From Candidatus Desulfofervidus auxilii (GTDB taxonomy: Bacteria > Desulfobacterota > Desulfofervidia > Desulfofervidales > Desulfofervidaceae), in contig JAJSZS010000003.1 of the NCBI GenBank assembly GCA_030262725.1, positions 1-64,000 on the forward strand: DNA of 64,000 nt. Reading direction: 5' to 3'. Both the position numbers and the translations under genes were made by a program. This document shows positions 17,956 to 26,117 of this stretch, in pieces. The notes under the pieces were generated by a model, which ran no database searches, was not told where the DNA came from, and worked only from the letters and a program-made list of their open reading frames with translations. Position 1 is the first letter of the stretch. Each line of letters opens with the position of its first letter.

Positions 17956-18630
17956 GTTAGAAACCTTGACCCGATTTGAGGGGATTGCGACTAGGAATGC
18001 CGTCATTATCGTCATCGGTGGGCGGCTCACAAGTGTTAGAAACCTTGACCCGATTTGAGGGGATTGCGACATAATCGCATCCAGAACCACATCACCCGTA
18101 TCAAACAACTCTAAAAGTTAGAAACCTTGACCCGATTTGAGGGGATTGCGACCAATTTGATAGCGCCAGTATGGCGTTTTATCTAAAACATAATCAAAGT
18201 TAGAAACCTTGACCCGATTTGAGGGGATTGCGACTTTTTTCTTATTTCTTTTTCTTTCTCTTCCATTCTTTTTTCAGGTTAGAAACCTTGACCCGATTTG
18301 AGGGGATTGCGACAATGTCCTTTGCCCATGTTTAAAAACAATGAAATAAGTTAGAAACCTTGACCCGATTTGAGGGGATTGCGACAGAAAGAAAAGTAGG
18401 AAGCTTAACATAAAGAATCTCTACCCATTCTGTTAGAAACCTTGACCCGATTTGAGGGGATTGCGACTGCAATAAGAATCTGTGTAGTATCATCAACAAA
18501 CAAATTACCATGTTAGAAACCTTGACCCGATTTGAGGGGATTGCGATAGACAATTCGTTTGAACGTTTCAACGTTTACACGTTTGAATGTTTTCATTGAA
18601 AACCTTGACCCGATTTGAGGGATTGGAAAA
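17956..18630 (+). CRISPR. CRISPR array, 8 full repeats plus 1 degenerate terminal repeat. Repeat GTTAGAAACCTTGACCCGATTTGAGGGGATTGCGAC (36 bp).
   Basis: Exact repeats start at 17956, 18035, 18117, 18199, 18278, 18350, 18432 and 18512. The copy at 18512 has a final C>T change. The degenerate copy lies at about 18595-18630. Spacers are 43, 46, 46, 43, 36, 46, 44 and 47 bp. Degeneration at the right end implies the leader is on the left and transcription is on the plus strand. Confidence 0.95.
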
Positions 18631-18831
18631 CTTATACTTATTTTTTCTATGTCTATGAAATTGGCTTGAAAGTTAAAGTTATTTAAAAGTTGTATATGTT
18701 TATAATTAAGAATGTTTACGCTGTAGTAAAAGAAATAAAAGCTAAAAAATTACAAAGGAAATTGTAAAATGAACTTAGCATTTTTTACATGATTATCTTG
18801 TTACAGAAAGAAATGAAATATAACATTTAGA

Positions 18832-19935
18832 TTACAATTTCTGATAGCAATTAAGAGCCTGTTTAATATCTTCTTTAAGACCCGGGATAAATTTGTAAGA
18901 AGCAAGATTATCTACATCTATCCATTTTATTACATCAAATTCTTCACTTTCTTCTTTAAGACAACTTTCATCAGTGGTAACACACAGAAAGCGTACACCC
19001 GGTATTGCGGGTCTACCGTTAGAAGAAAGTATAACATAAGAAGTAAAAGGTTTGAGCACTTTTACTTTTATCCCGAATTCTTCCCACATCTGTCTTCTCA
19101 CTGCTTCCTCAAAACTTTCTCCTATATGAACCTGCCCTCCACCACATTCCCAGAATAAGGGATAAATTTCCCTATCTCCTTTCCTTTTACCAGCTAGTAC
19201 AAAAAATTTATTCTGTTCTTTTTTGAAAACTATTCCAGCCACATGAACCTCTATTTTATGTTGGTATTCTTCTCTGCGGCGAGGATGTAACAAAGGAGGA
19301 TGGACATCACTATTATAAAGCACCGTAACAGTAGGCAAACCTTTAACCACAATTTGGTCTTTTTCAAAACCCATGTTTTTTAAATCTTTCTCTAAAAAAG
19401 GCATAGCTTCAATGTCAATAACTATTCCTTTAGGCCTAGCTGCATCGCAAAGGCGTGAAGCAAGATTTATAGGGTTACCAAAAAAATCATATTCAGAAGG
19501 GGTTATAAAAGCTTTTAAAATACCAAAAGAAATACCTATACCTGAATCTAACTTTTCTGCTTTACCTCCTGCTTCAGTTATGGGAATAATAACTTTTTCT
19601 TTAAATTCTTTTCTCCAATATGAAACTATTTTTGTGATTATATTTCTTATTTCATTTTTATGATTTTCTTTTAGTAAAGGAACAAATTTTTCTACTTCTT
19701 CATTTGAAGAAACTTTTCCTTTTATCTCTACAATACTTTTTATAAATAGCCCACCATCACCCAACCTTTTATAAACAAAGGGCTTATTACTACTTCCCAT
19801 TTCTTTCGCTTTTTCACTAAGAAATTTATAAAGAAGTTCAATTAAAACAGGCGCATAAGCCTCATTTTGTTTAGCCCAATTAGAAAAACCCCTTATATCA
19901 AAATTAACAACAATCCCTAAAACCCACATATTCAT
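18832..19935 (-). CDS. Class III nucleotidyl cyclase (CHD) fused to a C-terminal NUDIX hydrolase domain
   Basis: Cyclase motifs: FDIRGFS (metal Asp), KRLGDGG (second Asp), GNPINLASRLCDAA. Nudix box GGQVHIGESFEEAVRRQMWEEFGI, matching GX5EX7REUXEEXGU with RQ in place of RE. Confidence 0.8.
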   Translation of the reverse strand: MNMWVLGIVVNFDIRGFSNWAKQNEAYAPVLIELLYKFLSEKAKEMGSSNKPFVYKRLGDGGLFIKSIVEIKGKVSSNEEVEKFVPLLKENHKNEIRNIITKIVSYWRKEFKEKVIIPITEAGGKAEKLDSGIGISFGILKAFITPSEYDFFGNPINLASRLCDAARPKGIVIDIEAMPFLEKDLKNMGFEKDQIVVKGLPTVTVLYNSDVHPPLLHPRRREEYQHKIEVHVAGIVFKKEQNKFFVLAGKRKGDREIYPLFWECGGGQVHIGESFEEAVRRQMWEEFGIKVKVLKPFTSYVILSSNGRPAIPGVRFLCVTTDESCLKEESEEFDVIKWIDVDNLASYKFIPGLKEDIKQALNCYQKL

Positions 19936-20065
19936 CCCTCTATTTTTCTATTAACCCATTTATAACCTAATCTAGTGGAGAAAATATGTCAAGATAATTT
20001 TTTAAAAATAATCTGCTTCAAACCCAAATTTTAGGAGAAATGTTTTCATCAAGGAGGAATTTCAC

Positions 20066-20292
20066 TTATGCTACCTTTTCTAATTCACCCACTTCTTCTC
20101 TGGCAAGCATGGCAGCATATTTTACACAAGCCTGAATATCTTCTTTGGTTAAATCAGGATAATCATCAAGAATCTCATCAATGGTCGCTCCACTGCTAAA
20201 AGGTCAAGAATCAAATAAACTGGAATCCTTGTACCTTTTATACAAGGTGTACCATGTAATATTTCCTGGTTTACTACTATACGGTCAATCAT
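20066..20292 (-). pseudogene. DUF433-family small protein with a 1-nt frameshift near 20196
   Basis: Minus-strand translation gives MIDRIVVNQEILHGTPCIKGTRIPVYLILDLLAVE, then in another frame ATIDEILDDYPDLTKEDIQACVKYAAMLAREEVGELEKV. Both parts match the DUF433 consensus. Confidence 0.55.
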
Positions 20293-20394
20293 ATTTTTGA
20301 GCTCCTGACACTCATTCTTACAAAACATTTATTATAAAATCACCTAACTCACAATACTGCTCTTCATTTTTAACAATTCTATAAAAGGTAAAAA

Positions 20395-20415
20395 CCGATT
20401 TGAGGGGATTATGAC
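20395..20415 (+). repeat. Orphan partial CRISPR repeat (3' 21 nt, 2 mismatches: CCGATTTGAGGGGATTATGAC)
   Basis: Matches the 3' half of the array repeat in the same orientation, about 1.8 kb right of the array. Confidence 0.55.
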
Positions 20416-20557
20416 ATTAAGATATGCATTGTGGAAGCAATCCGGGCTGCTCTAGCCTTTGCCGCCGAAGTCTCAAAGCAGATGTTGTCAAAAAGCCGTA
20501 TAATGGAATTTATAGCTGATGAAAGTATAGATAAACAAATTGTAAACTGCTTCAACA

Positions 20558-20677
20558 ATTTTATCAAACGTGGGAAGGAAATGTGCCTCTTAAATTTACG
20601 TCCCTTACATGGACTGCTTCAAACCTAAGACTTTTTAGATGTAATATATCTTCCTTTACCACTATGCGATCAATCAT
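20558..20677 (-). pseudogene. 5' fragment of a second DUF433 gene (first 13 codons, MIDRIVVKEDILH) plus a duplicated upstream segment
   Basis: Identical N-terminal peptide. About 65 bp of upstream sequence (20666-20730) is ~75% identical to 20281-20345. The reading frame diverges after codon 13 and stops after 39 codons. Confidence 0.4.
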
Positions 20678-20767
20678 GCTTTGAGCTTCTAATCACTTGT
20701 TTTTACAACATCTATCATAAAATTGCCTGATTGGTAGTTCTGCTAACTTGATACAAAAGTTTTCTTA

Positions 20768-21193
20768 TTAAAAATTCTCTATCCAAATGACATTTTTCGC
20801 CTTATTCTTTACAGTGTTAAAAAATTTTTTATCACCTGTGATTAAATTTATTTTTAATTTATTTGCTAAAGTCAAATAAGAAGCATCATAAACAGAAATG
20901 TTAAATTCCTTGGATATATCTAACAGTTCTTCCTTTAAAAAACTTAGATCATGTTTTTCTATATCCAAATTAAGTATTTTTTCTTGAATATCTTTTGCTT
21001 CATCAAAATTGATTCTTTTTCTTTTATAGGCTACAAAAACAGCATTTGAAATCTCATAATCTATAAGTGATGGTGCAAACAAATCTAACTTACCTAAAGA
21101 ATAAAGAAATAAAATTTTCTTTGCTTTTTCAAACCCTTCCTCATCTGGGAAATAACCTTTAAGTAAAGTACTAGCATCTATGACAATTTGCAT
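20768..21193 (-). CDS. vapC: PIN-domain toxin (VapC-like)
   Basis: 141 aa with a MQIVIDASTLL N-terminus (first PIN Asp) and the TGDKKF motif. Overlaps the upstream antitoxin gene. Confidence 0.8.
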   Translation of the reverse strand: MQIVIDASTLLKGYFPDEEGFEKAKKILFLYSLGKLDLFAPSLIDYEISNAVFVAYKRKRINFDEAKDIQEKILNLDIEKHDLSFLKEELLDISKEFNISVYDASYLTLANKLKINLITGDKKFFNTVKNKAKNVIWIENF

Positions 21194-21450
21194 CTTTCTT
21201 CTAATTCTTTCCTAGATGCTTCGTATAACTCTTTTGCTTTTACACCTTTTTTTTGCATTTTTTCCGCAATTTTAAGCATATTTACCCAGTCAGAAAGTCT
21301 TTTTAAATTTTTAAATTGCTCATAAGTAATAATTACTGCTACAGGTTTTCCCCGTTTGGTTATGATAACTTCTTTATCCTTTTTTAAAGATTGAATAATT
21401 TTAGTAAAATCTCTTTTACCTTCGGTAATGTTTACTTTTAACATGATCAC
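21178..21450 (-). CDS. Phd/YefM-type antitoxin
   Basis: 90 aa. VIITKRGKPVAVIITYEQFKNL resembles the YefM/Phd core. Position immediately upstream of the PIN toxin gene with a 16-nt overlap. Confidence 0.75.
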   Translation of the reverse strand: MIMLKVNITEGKRDFTKIIQSLKKDKEVIITKRGKPVAVIITYEQFKNLKRLSDWVNMLKIAEKMQKKGVKAKELYEASRKELEERCKLS

Positions 21451-21496
21451 CTCCTCTAGTTAGAATAAATGGACAGAAAGAATTTGTCAATTTTTA

Positions 21497-21534
21497 GTTA
21501 ATATGCATTTGAGCTAATTTGAGGAGATTGCGAC
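21497..21534 (+). repeat. Orphan degenerate CRISPR repeat (GTTAATATGCATTTGAGCTAATTTGAGGAGATTGCGAC)
   Basis: The 3' 18 nt match the array repeat at 17/18. It starts with GTTA like the repeat. Same orientation as the array. Lies in the vapB / SPFH-gene divergent promoter region. Confidence 0.5.
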
Positions 21535-21791
21535 AATTTACTGTTGCTATTCTAAAATAATTGGAGACAAGAATTAGATATGATATTATTTTACCTCATG
21601 TGAGCTATTTGGATATTTAGATGGTCAATCTATATGTTAAATCATTTATTGTCTTAGCTTGCTGTTGGATAAAGGTTTAAAAACGGGTAGCTAAAAAGTT
21701 AAGGACGTATAAAACTAGACCTCTTGGTTAATTTTTCTTGATTTTAAATATTTGACATGCTATTTTTTAGAAAAGTTTTCAGAGGATAACT

Positions 21792-22904
21792 ATGGGGAAA
21801 AACAACGTATTTTTCTTAGAGGTAATTGAGTGGTTTGATCCTACAGGCAAAGAAATTGTTCACCGGATTCCAGAAGAAGGATCAGGGGAAATTAAGCTTG
21901 GCGCTCAGTTAATTGTGCGAGACAATCAAGTTGCTGTCTTTTACTATAATGGGCGTGCTTATGACGCCATCGGTCCTGGGCGTCATACTTTATCCACAAA
22001 GAATATCCCTATCTTAACTAAAGTGTTAAGCCTGCCCTGGGGGTTTACAAGTCCCTTTCGGGCAGAAGTTTATTTTGTCAATATGAAAGTTTTTACTAAC
22101 CTGAAATGGGGAACAAGAGAACCTGTTGCTTTCAAAGACACAGAACTTGGGCTTGTGCGTCTTCGTACCTTTGGTATATTCAACATTCAGATATCCCAAC
22201 CAGTCTTGTTTATCAATAGTTTAGTAGGCACTCAAGGAGTCTACACTACCGAGGAAATAGAAAATTATCTCAGTCGAGTAATTGTTTCTCGCTTTAATGA
22301 CTATTTAGGTGAAAAACTAGATACAATTCTAAATTTACCAAGCAGGTATGACGAATTGTCACAAGGATTGCAGGAAAGATTAAAAGAGGATTTCTCACGT
22401 TATGGAATCCGCCTAGCTGGGCTTTATATCAATTCTATTACCCCACCTCCTGAAGTACAACAAGCCATTGATGACAGAGGACGTTTGGCTGTATTGGGAG
22501 ATTTGGATAGATTTATAAAAATGAAAGCAGGAATGGCAATGGAAGCCGCTGCTGAAGCTGGAGGAACCGCAGAAGGAGGTCTTGGGCTAGGGTTGGGATT
22601 AATGCTTCCGGGTTTTTTGATGGGAGCAATACAGGGTAAAACACAGACCACTTCACCTAATTGCCCTGAATGTCATCAGCCTGTACCTCAGGATGCTAGG
22701 TTTTGCCCTTTTTGTGGACATCAGTTAGTTATTATTCATAAATGTCAACATTGTGGTAAAAATTTACCTCCTAAAGCTGTTTTCTGCCCCCGTTGTGGTG
22801 CTCCTGTTGCTTCAAAACCTCATTCCATTAAGTGTCCTCATTGTGGAGCTGAAAATTTACCAGAAGCCATCTTTTGTAATTTCTGTGGTGAAAAATTAAA
22901 GTAA
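21792..22904 (+). CDS. SPFH/Band-7-like domain protein (PF13421-like, YdjI-like) with C-terminal tandem zinc ribbons
   Basis: N-terminus [60 protein letters not shown]. Gly-rich linker. Four C..C...C..C zinc-ribbon units at the C-terminus. Confidence 0.6.
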   Translation: MGKNNVFFLEVIEWFDPTGKEIVHRIPEEGSGEIKLGAQLIVRDNQVAVFYYNGRAYDAIGPGRHTLSTKNIPILTKVLSLPWGFTSPFRAEVYFVNMKVFTNLKWGTREPVAFKDTELGLVRLRTFGIFNIQISQPVLFINSLVGTQGVYTTEEIENYLSRVIVSRFNDYLGEKLDTILNLPSRYDELSQGLQERLKEDFSRYGIRLAGLYINSITPPPEVQQAIDDRGRLAVLGDLDRFIKMKAGMAMEAAAEAGGTAEGGLGLGLGLMLPGFLMGAIQGKTQTTSPNCPECHQPVPQDARFCPFCGHQLVIIHKCQHCGKNLPPKAVFCPRCGAPVASKPHSIKCPHCGAENLPEAIFCNFCGEKLK

Positions 22905-24226
22905 TGCAAACATGGCATATTCAAACACGCTGTCCTCAATGTGGAGCTCCGGTCTCTCTTACTGAAACGCAACGAGTGCTTCATTGTGAGTATTGTAAGA
23001 CAAGACTTTATTTACTACCTAAGGGTTTTCAGTGTTATCTTTTACCACCAAAAAAGCATAAAGATGAAATTCTTTTTATTCCCTTCTGGCGCATCAAAGG
23101 AATGAGCTTTGTTTGTAAAATGCCTTCTAAAATAGAAGCCAAAGTAATTGACAAAACCACTATTGCTCTGGATTTCCCTCTAGGTTTTACTTCTTTAGGT
23201 ATACGTCCTCAGGCAATAAACCTCGAATTTGCAGATGTAAAAAGAGGAATTTTTTTATCACCTCAGCTTAGTTTTAAAGAAGCATTACAAAAAATAAAAA
23301 CACGCTCAAAAAGTAATGCATTTCGTCTTTCTCATAGCAAAATGTCTTGTAATTATAAACAAAACATTCTAGCAATTTTGGGGAATGAAGAACATCCTTC
23401 TGTTACAGTTATTTTTCACTCTTTTATTGGTGAGGTATGGAGTCTTATTTATTTCCCTATTTTTATTGAGGAAAGCAGACAAAAAATTATTTTAAAAGAT
23501 GGACTGTCTAGGCAAAATATTGGGGATTTAACCTTAAAAGAATGGGAACAATTCAAAAAAAAGAAGGTTACTAGATTGCCTGCATGGCAATTTCTGCCCC
23601 TTATTTGTCCCCATTGTGGCTGGGACATCCCTTGCGATAAAGAAGCGTGGGCAGTATTCTGCCCCAATTGTAACCGAGGTTGGGGAGTTTTAAAAAACAA
23701 ATTTGTTCCTTTGCACTATAAGGTGGCTAAAACTGAAGGAAAAGATATATTTTACCTACCTTTTTGGCAAATTCGTGCTACTGCTTCTGCTCTTTCTTTA
23801 CATACCTATGCAGACTTGATTCGTTTTGCAAATTTGTCGAAAGTGATAAAAAGTAAACACCGAAAAATTCCTTTTTATTTTTATATCCCTGCCTTTAAAC
23901 TTAATCCTCATCAATTTTTAAAAATAGCCAAAACTCTTACACTAAACCAACCAGACTATGTTTATTTTTCTCAACCTGTTCCTAATGCCCATCCTGTAAT
24001 TTTACCACCAACAGAGGCATTAGAAGCGATAAAATTGGTAATGGCAGATATAGCTGTACCAAAGCGATATTTTTTCCCTCGACTGAAAGAAATAGAACCT
24101 AAAGTTACTCAAATTATCTTACTCTTTTTGCCTTTTGTTAAAAAAGGTATTGAATTAATCTTAGCTAATAAAGATATTAATTTGGCCATTCCTGTAAATG
24201 CTTTAAAATGGGGAAGTTTTTTATAA
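22904..24226 (+). CDS. Zinc-ribbon-containing protein of unknown function (YdjG-like partner of the SPFH protein?)
   Basis: CPQCGAPV...CEYCKTRLY and CPHCGWDIPCDKEAWAVFCPNCNRGW zinc ribbons. Start codon overlaps the upstream stop (ATGA-type coupling). Confidence 0.4.
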   Translation: MQTWHIQTRCPQCGAPVSLTETQRVLHCEYCKTRLYLLPKGFQCYLLPPKKHKDEILFIPFWRIKGMSFVCKMPSKIEAKVIDKTTIALDFPLGFTSLGIRPQAINLEFADVKRGIFLSPQLSFKEALQKIKTRSKSNAFRLSHSKMSCNYKQNILAILGNEEHPSVTVIFHSFIGEVWSLIYFPIFIEESRQKIILKDGLSRQNIGDLTLKEWEQFKKKKVTRLPAWQFLPLICPHCGWDIPCDKEAWAVFCPNCNRGWGVLKNKFVPLHYKVAKTEGKDIFYLPFWQIRATASALSLHTYADLIRFANLSKVIKSKHRKIPFYFYIPAFKLNPHQFLKIAKTLTLNQPDYVYFSQPVPNAHPVILPPTEALEAIKLVMADIAVPKRYFFPRLKEIEPKVTQIILLFLPFVKKGIELILANKDINLAIPVNALKWGSFL

Positions 24227-24354
24227 ATTAGTTCAGTTGTGAAAATCAAATTTATTGATCTTTCTCTATTCGATTTCTACTTTGAGCGGTTTATTATCAC
24301 ACCGTAACCCAATTTTTGAAAGATCAGAGCCAACATTAATTGACAAAAAAATAA

Positions 24355-25353
24355 TTGTTTTGCAGAATAATCAAATTGAAGGAAATGGCTATGCGTCAAA
24401 AATGTATTTTGGTTGTTTTTTTAATTTTTTGCTTTTCTAATGTGCTATATGCTGGCGGAAAGATTAAGTTAAAAGTATTTCATGCAGGAAGCTTATCTGT
24501 ACCTTTTGCCAAATTAGAGTCTGTTTTTGAAAATAAATATCCTCAAATTGATGTAAGGCGTGAAGCAAGTGGTAGTGTGCAGGCAGTAAGAAAAGTAACA
24601 GATTTAGGCAAAGCATGTGATGTGATAGCGGTGGCTGATTATGAAATTATTCCTAAAATGATGTTTCCCTATTATGCTGATTATGTTAAGCTTTTTGCAA
24701 GAAATGAGATTGTTCTCTGTTATACAGGAAAGTCTCGGTGTAAGGAAAAGATAAATAGCAAAAACTGGTATAAAATTTTATCTAAACCAGATGTAAAATG
24801 GGGTTTTTCTAACCCTAATGACGATCCCTGTGGCTATCGTACCCTTATGACTATAGCCTTGGCCTCCATTTATTATAAAAAACCAGATTTATTTATTTCT
24901 TTATTAAAAAATTTTCCTATTATTTATAAAAGTGACCAAAATAATATTTTTATTGAATTAAAAAAGGATTTACAGACAAAAAAAGGCATTTTTATTCGCT
25001 CTAAGTCAGTAGAATTAATTGGCCTTCTTGAAAGTGGAGCAATTGATTATGCATTTGAGTATAAAAGTGTAGCAAAGCAACATAAACTTTTTTATATAGA
25101 TTTACCAAAGGAAATTAATCTTGGTGATTTCTCTTATAAAGATTTCTATGCAAAAGTAAGGATAAAATTAAAAACAGGTATTATTATAAAGGCAAAACCT
25201 ATTATCTATGGCATAACTGTTTTAAAAAATGCCATTCATCCTGAAGAGGCAAGATTATGGGAGATGTTTGTTACAGGAAATGATGGAATAAAGATTTTAA
25301 AAGAGTGTTTTCAGATACCTATATTCCCAACTAAAGAAATCAGATATAAATGA
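24355..25353 (+). CDS. Molybdate/tungstate-type ABC transporter periplasmic substrate-binding protein (ModA/WtpA family)
   Basis: Signal peptide, then KVFHAGSLSVPF ... SGSVQAV ... NPNDDPCGYRT. Followed by the permease gene. Confidence 0.7.
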   Translation: MFCRIIKLKEMAMRQKCILVVFLIFCFSNVLYAGGKIKLKVFHAGSLSVPFAKLESVFENKYPQIDVRREASGSVQAVRKVTDLGKACDVIAVADYEIIPKMMFPYYADYVKLFARNEIVLCYTGKSRCKEKINSKNWYKILSKPDVKWGFSNPNDDPCGYRTLMTIALASIYYKKPDLFISLLKNFPIIYKSDQNNIFIELKKDLQTKKGIFIRSKSVELIGLLESGAIDYAFEYKSVAKQHKLFYIDLPKEINLGDFSYKDFYAKVRIKLKTGIIIKAKPIIYGITVLKNAIHPEEARLWEMFVTGNDGIKILKECFQIPIFPTKEIRYK

Positions 25354-26117
25354 TAAGGCTCTTTTATTTCTTTTTAGCTATTTTCTGTGTGATTTTTATT
25401 GTCTTTCCCATTATGCATCTTTTTATTTCTCTTACAGTTAATGAATTTATAAAGGCGATTTATGATCGTGAAGTATGGCAGGCTATTTTTACCTCTTTTA
25501 TTGGAGCAAGTTTATCTACATTTTTTGGATGCTTAACTGGCATTCCCTTTGCTTATATTTTAAGTCGATATGATTTTAAGGGGAAAAAAATCTTAGAAAG
25601 TATAGCCAGTTTGCCAGTTGTAATCCCTCATGTTGCTGTAGGTATTATCTTAATCTCTTTACTTAGTGAGAAAAGTTTTTGGGGACATTTTTTTTCTTAT
25701 TTTAATTTAAGCTTTATAGATACAATTTATGGAATTGTTATAGCAATGGCTTTTGTAAGCATTTCTTATATCATTACCTCTGCCTTAATAGGCTTTGAAA
25801 GTGTTGATAGAGAGTTAGAAATGGTCTCAAGAACTTTAGGAGCAACTGCATTTTACACATTCTGGCATATCACTTTTCCCTTAGCATTGCCTGCTATAAT
25901 TAAAGGAGCTATCCTTGCCTTTGCAAGGGCAATAAGTGAAGTAGGGGCACTGCTTATTCTTGCCTATTTTCCTAAAACAGCACCAATTATTATGTATGAA
26001 AGGTTTGAACAATATGGCCTTAAAGCTGCACATCCTGTTACTGTTTTAGTAGTATTTTTTTCATTAATAATTTTCTTTGTACTTTTATATTTTTCAAAAC
26101 GCCATGCTTTCCGTTAA
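25350..26117 (+). CDS. ABC transporter permease (ModB/WtpB-like)
   Basis: Six predicted transmembrane segments and an EAA-like loop (ISEVGALLILAYFPKTAPII). Confidence 0.8.
   Translation: MIRLFYFFLAIFCVIFIVFPIMHLFISLTVNEFIKAIYDREVWQAIFTSFIGASLSTFFGCLTGIPFAYILSRYDFKGKKILESIASLPVVIPHVAVGIILISLLSEKSFWGHFFSYFNLSFIDTIYGIVIAMAFVSISYIITSALIGFESVDRELEMVSRTLGATAFYTFWHITFPLALPAIIKGAILAFARAISEVGALLILAYFPKTAPIIMYERFEQYGLKAAHPVTVLVVFFSLIIFFVLLYFSKRHAFR

Noticed and set aside
18332-18571. 79-aa minus-strand ORF inside the CRISPR array
   Set aside because: It lies entirely within repeats and spacers. Its internal peptide repeats (VAIPSNRVKVSN...) simply mirror the DNA repeat. It is an artefact of the array.
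20431-20628. 65-aa plus-strand ORF (GTG start) following the first orphan repeat
   Set aside because: It overlaps the DUF433 fragment on the other strand, uses a GTG start, and has no recognisable family. I kept it only as context for the orphan-repeat finding, not as a gene call.
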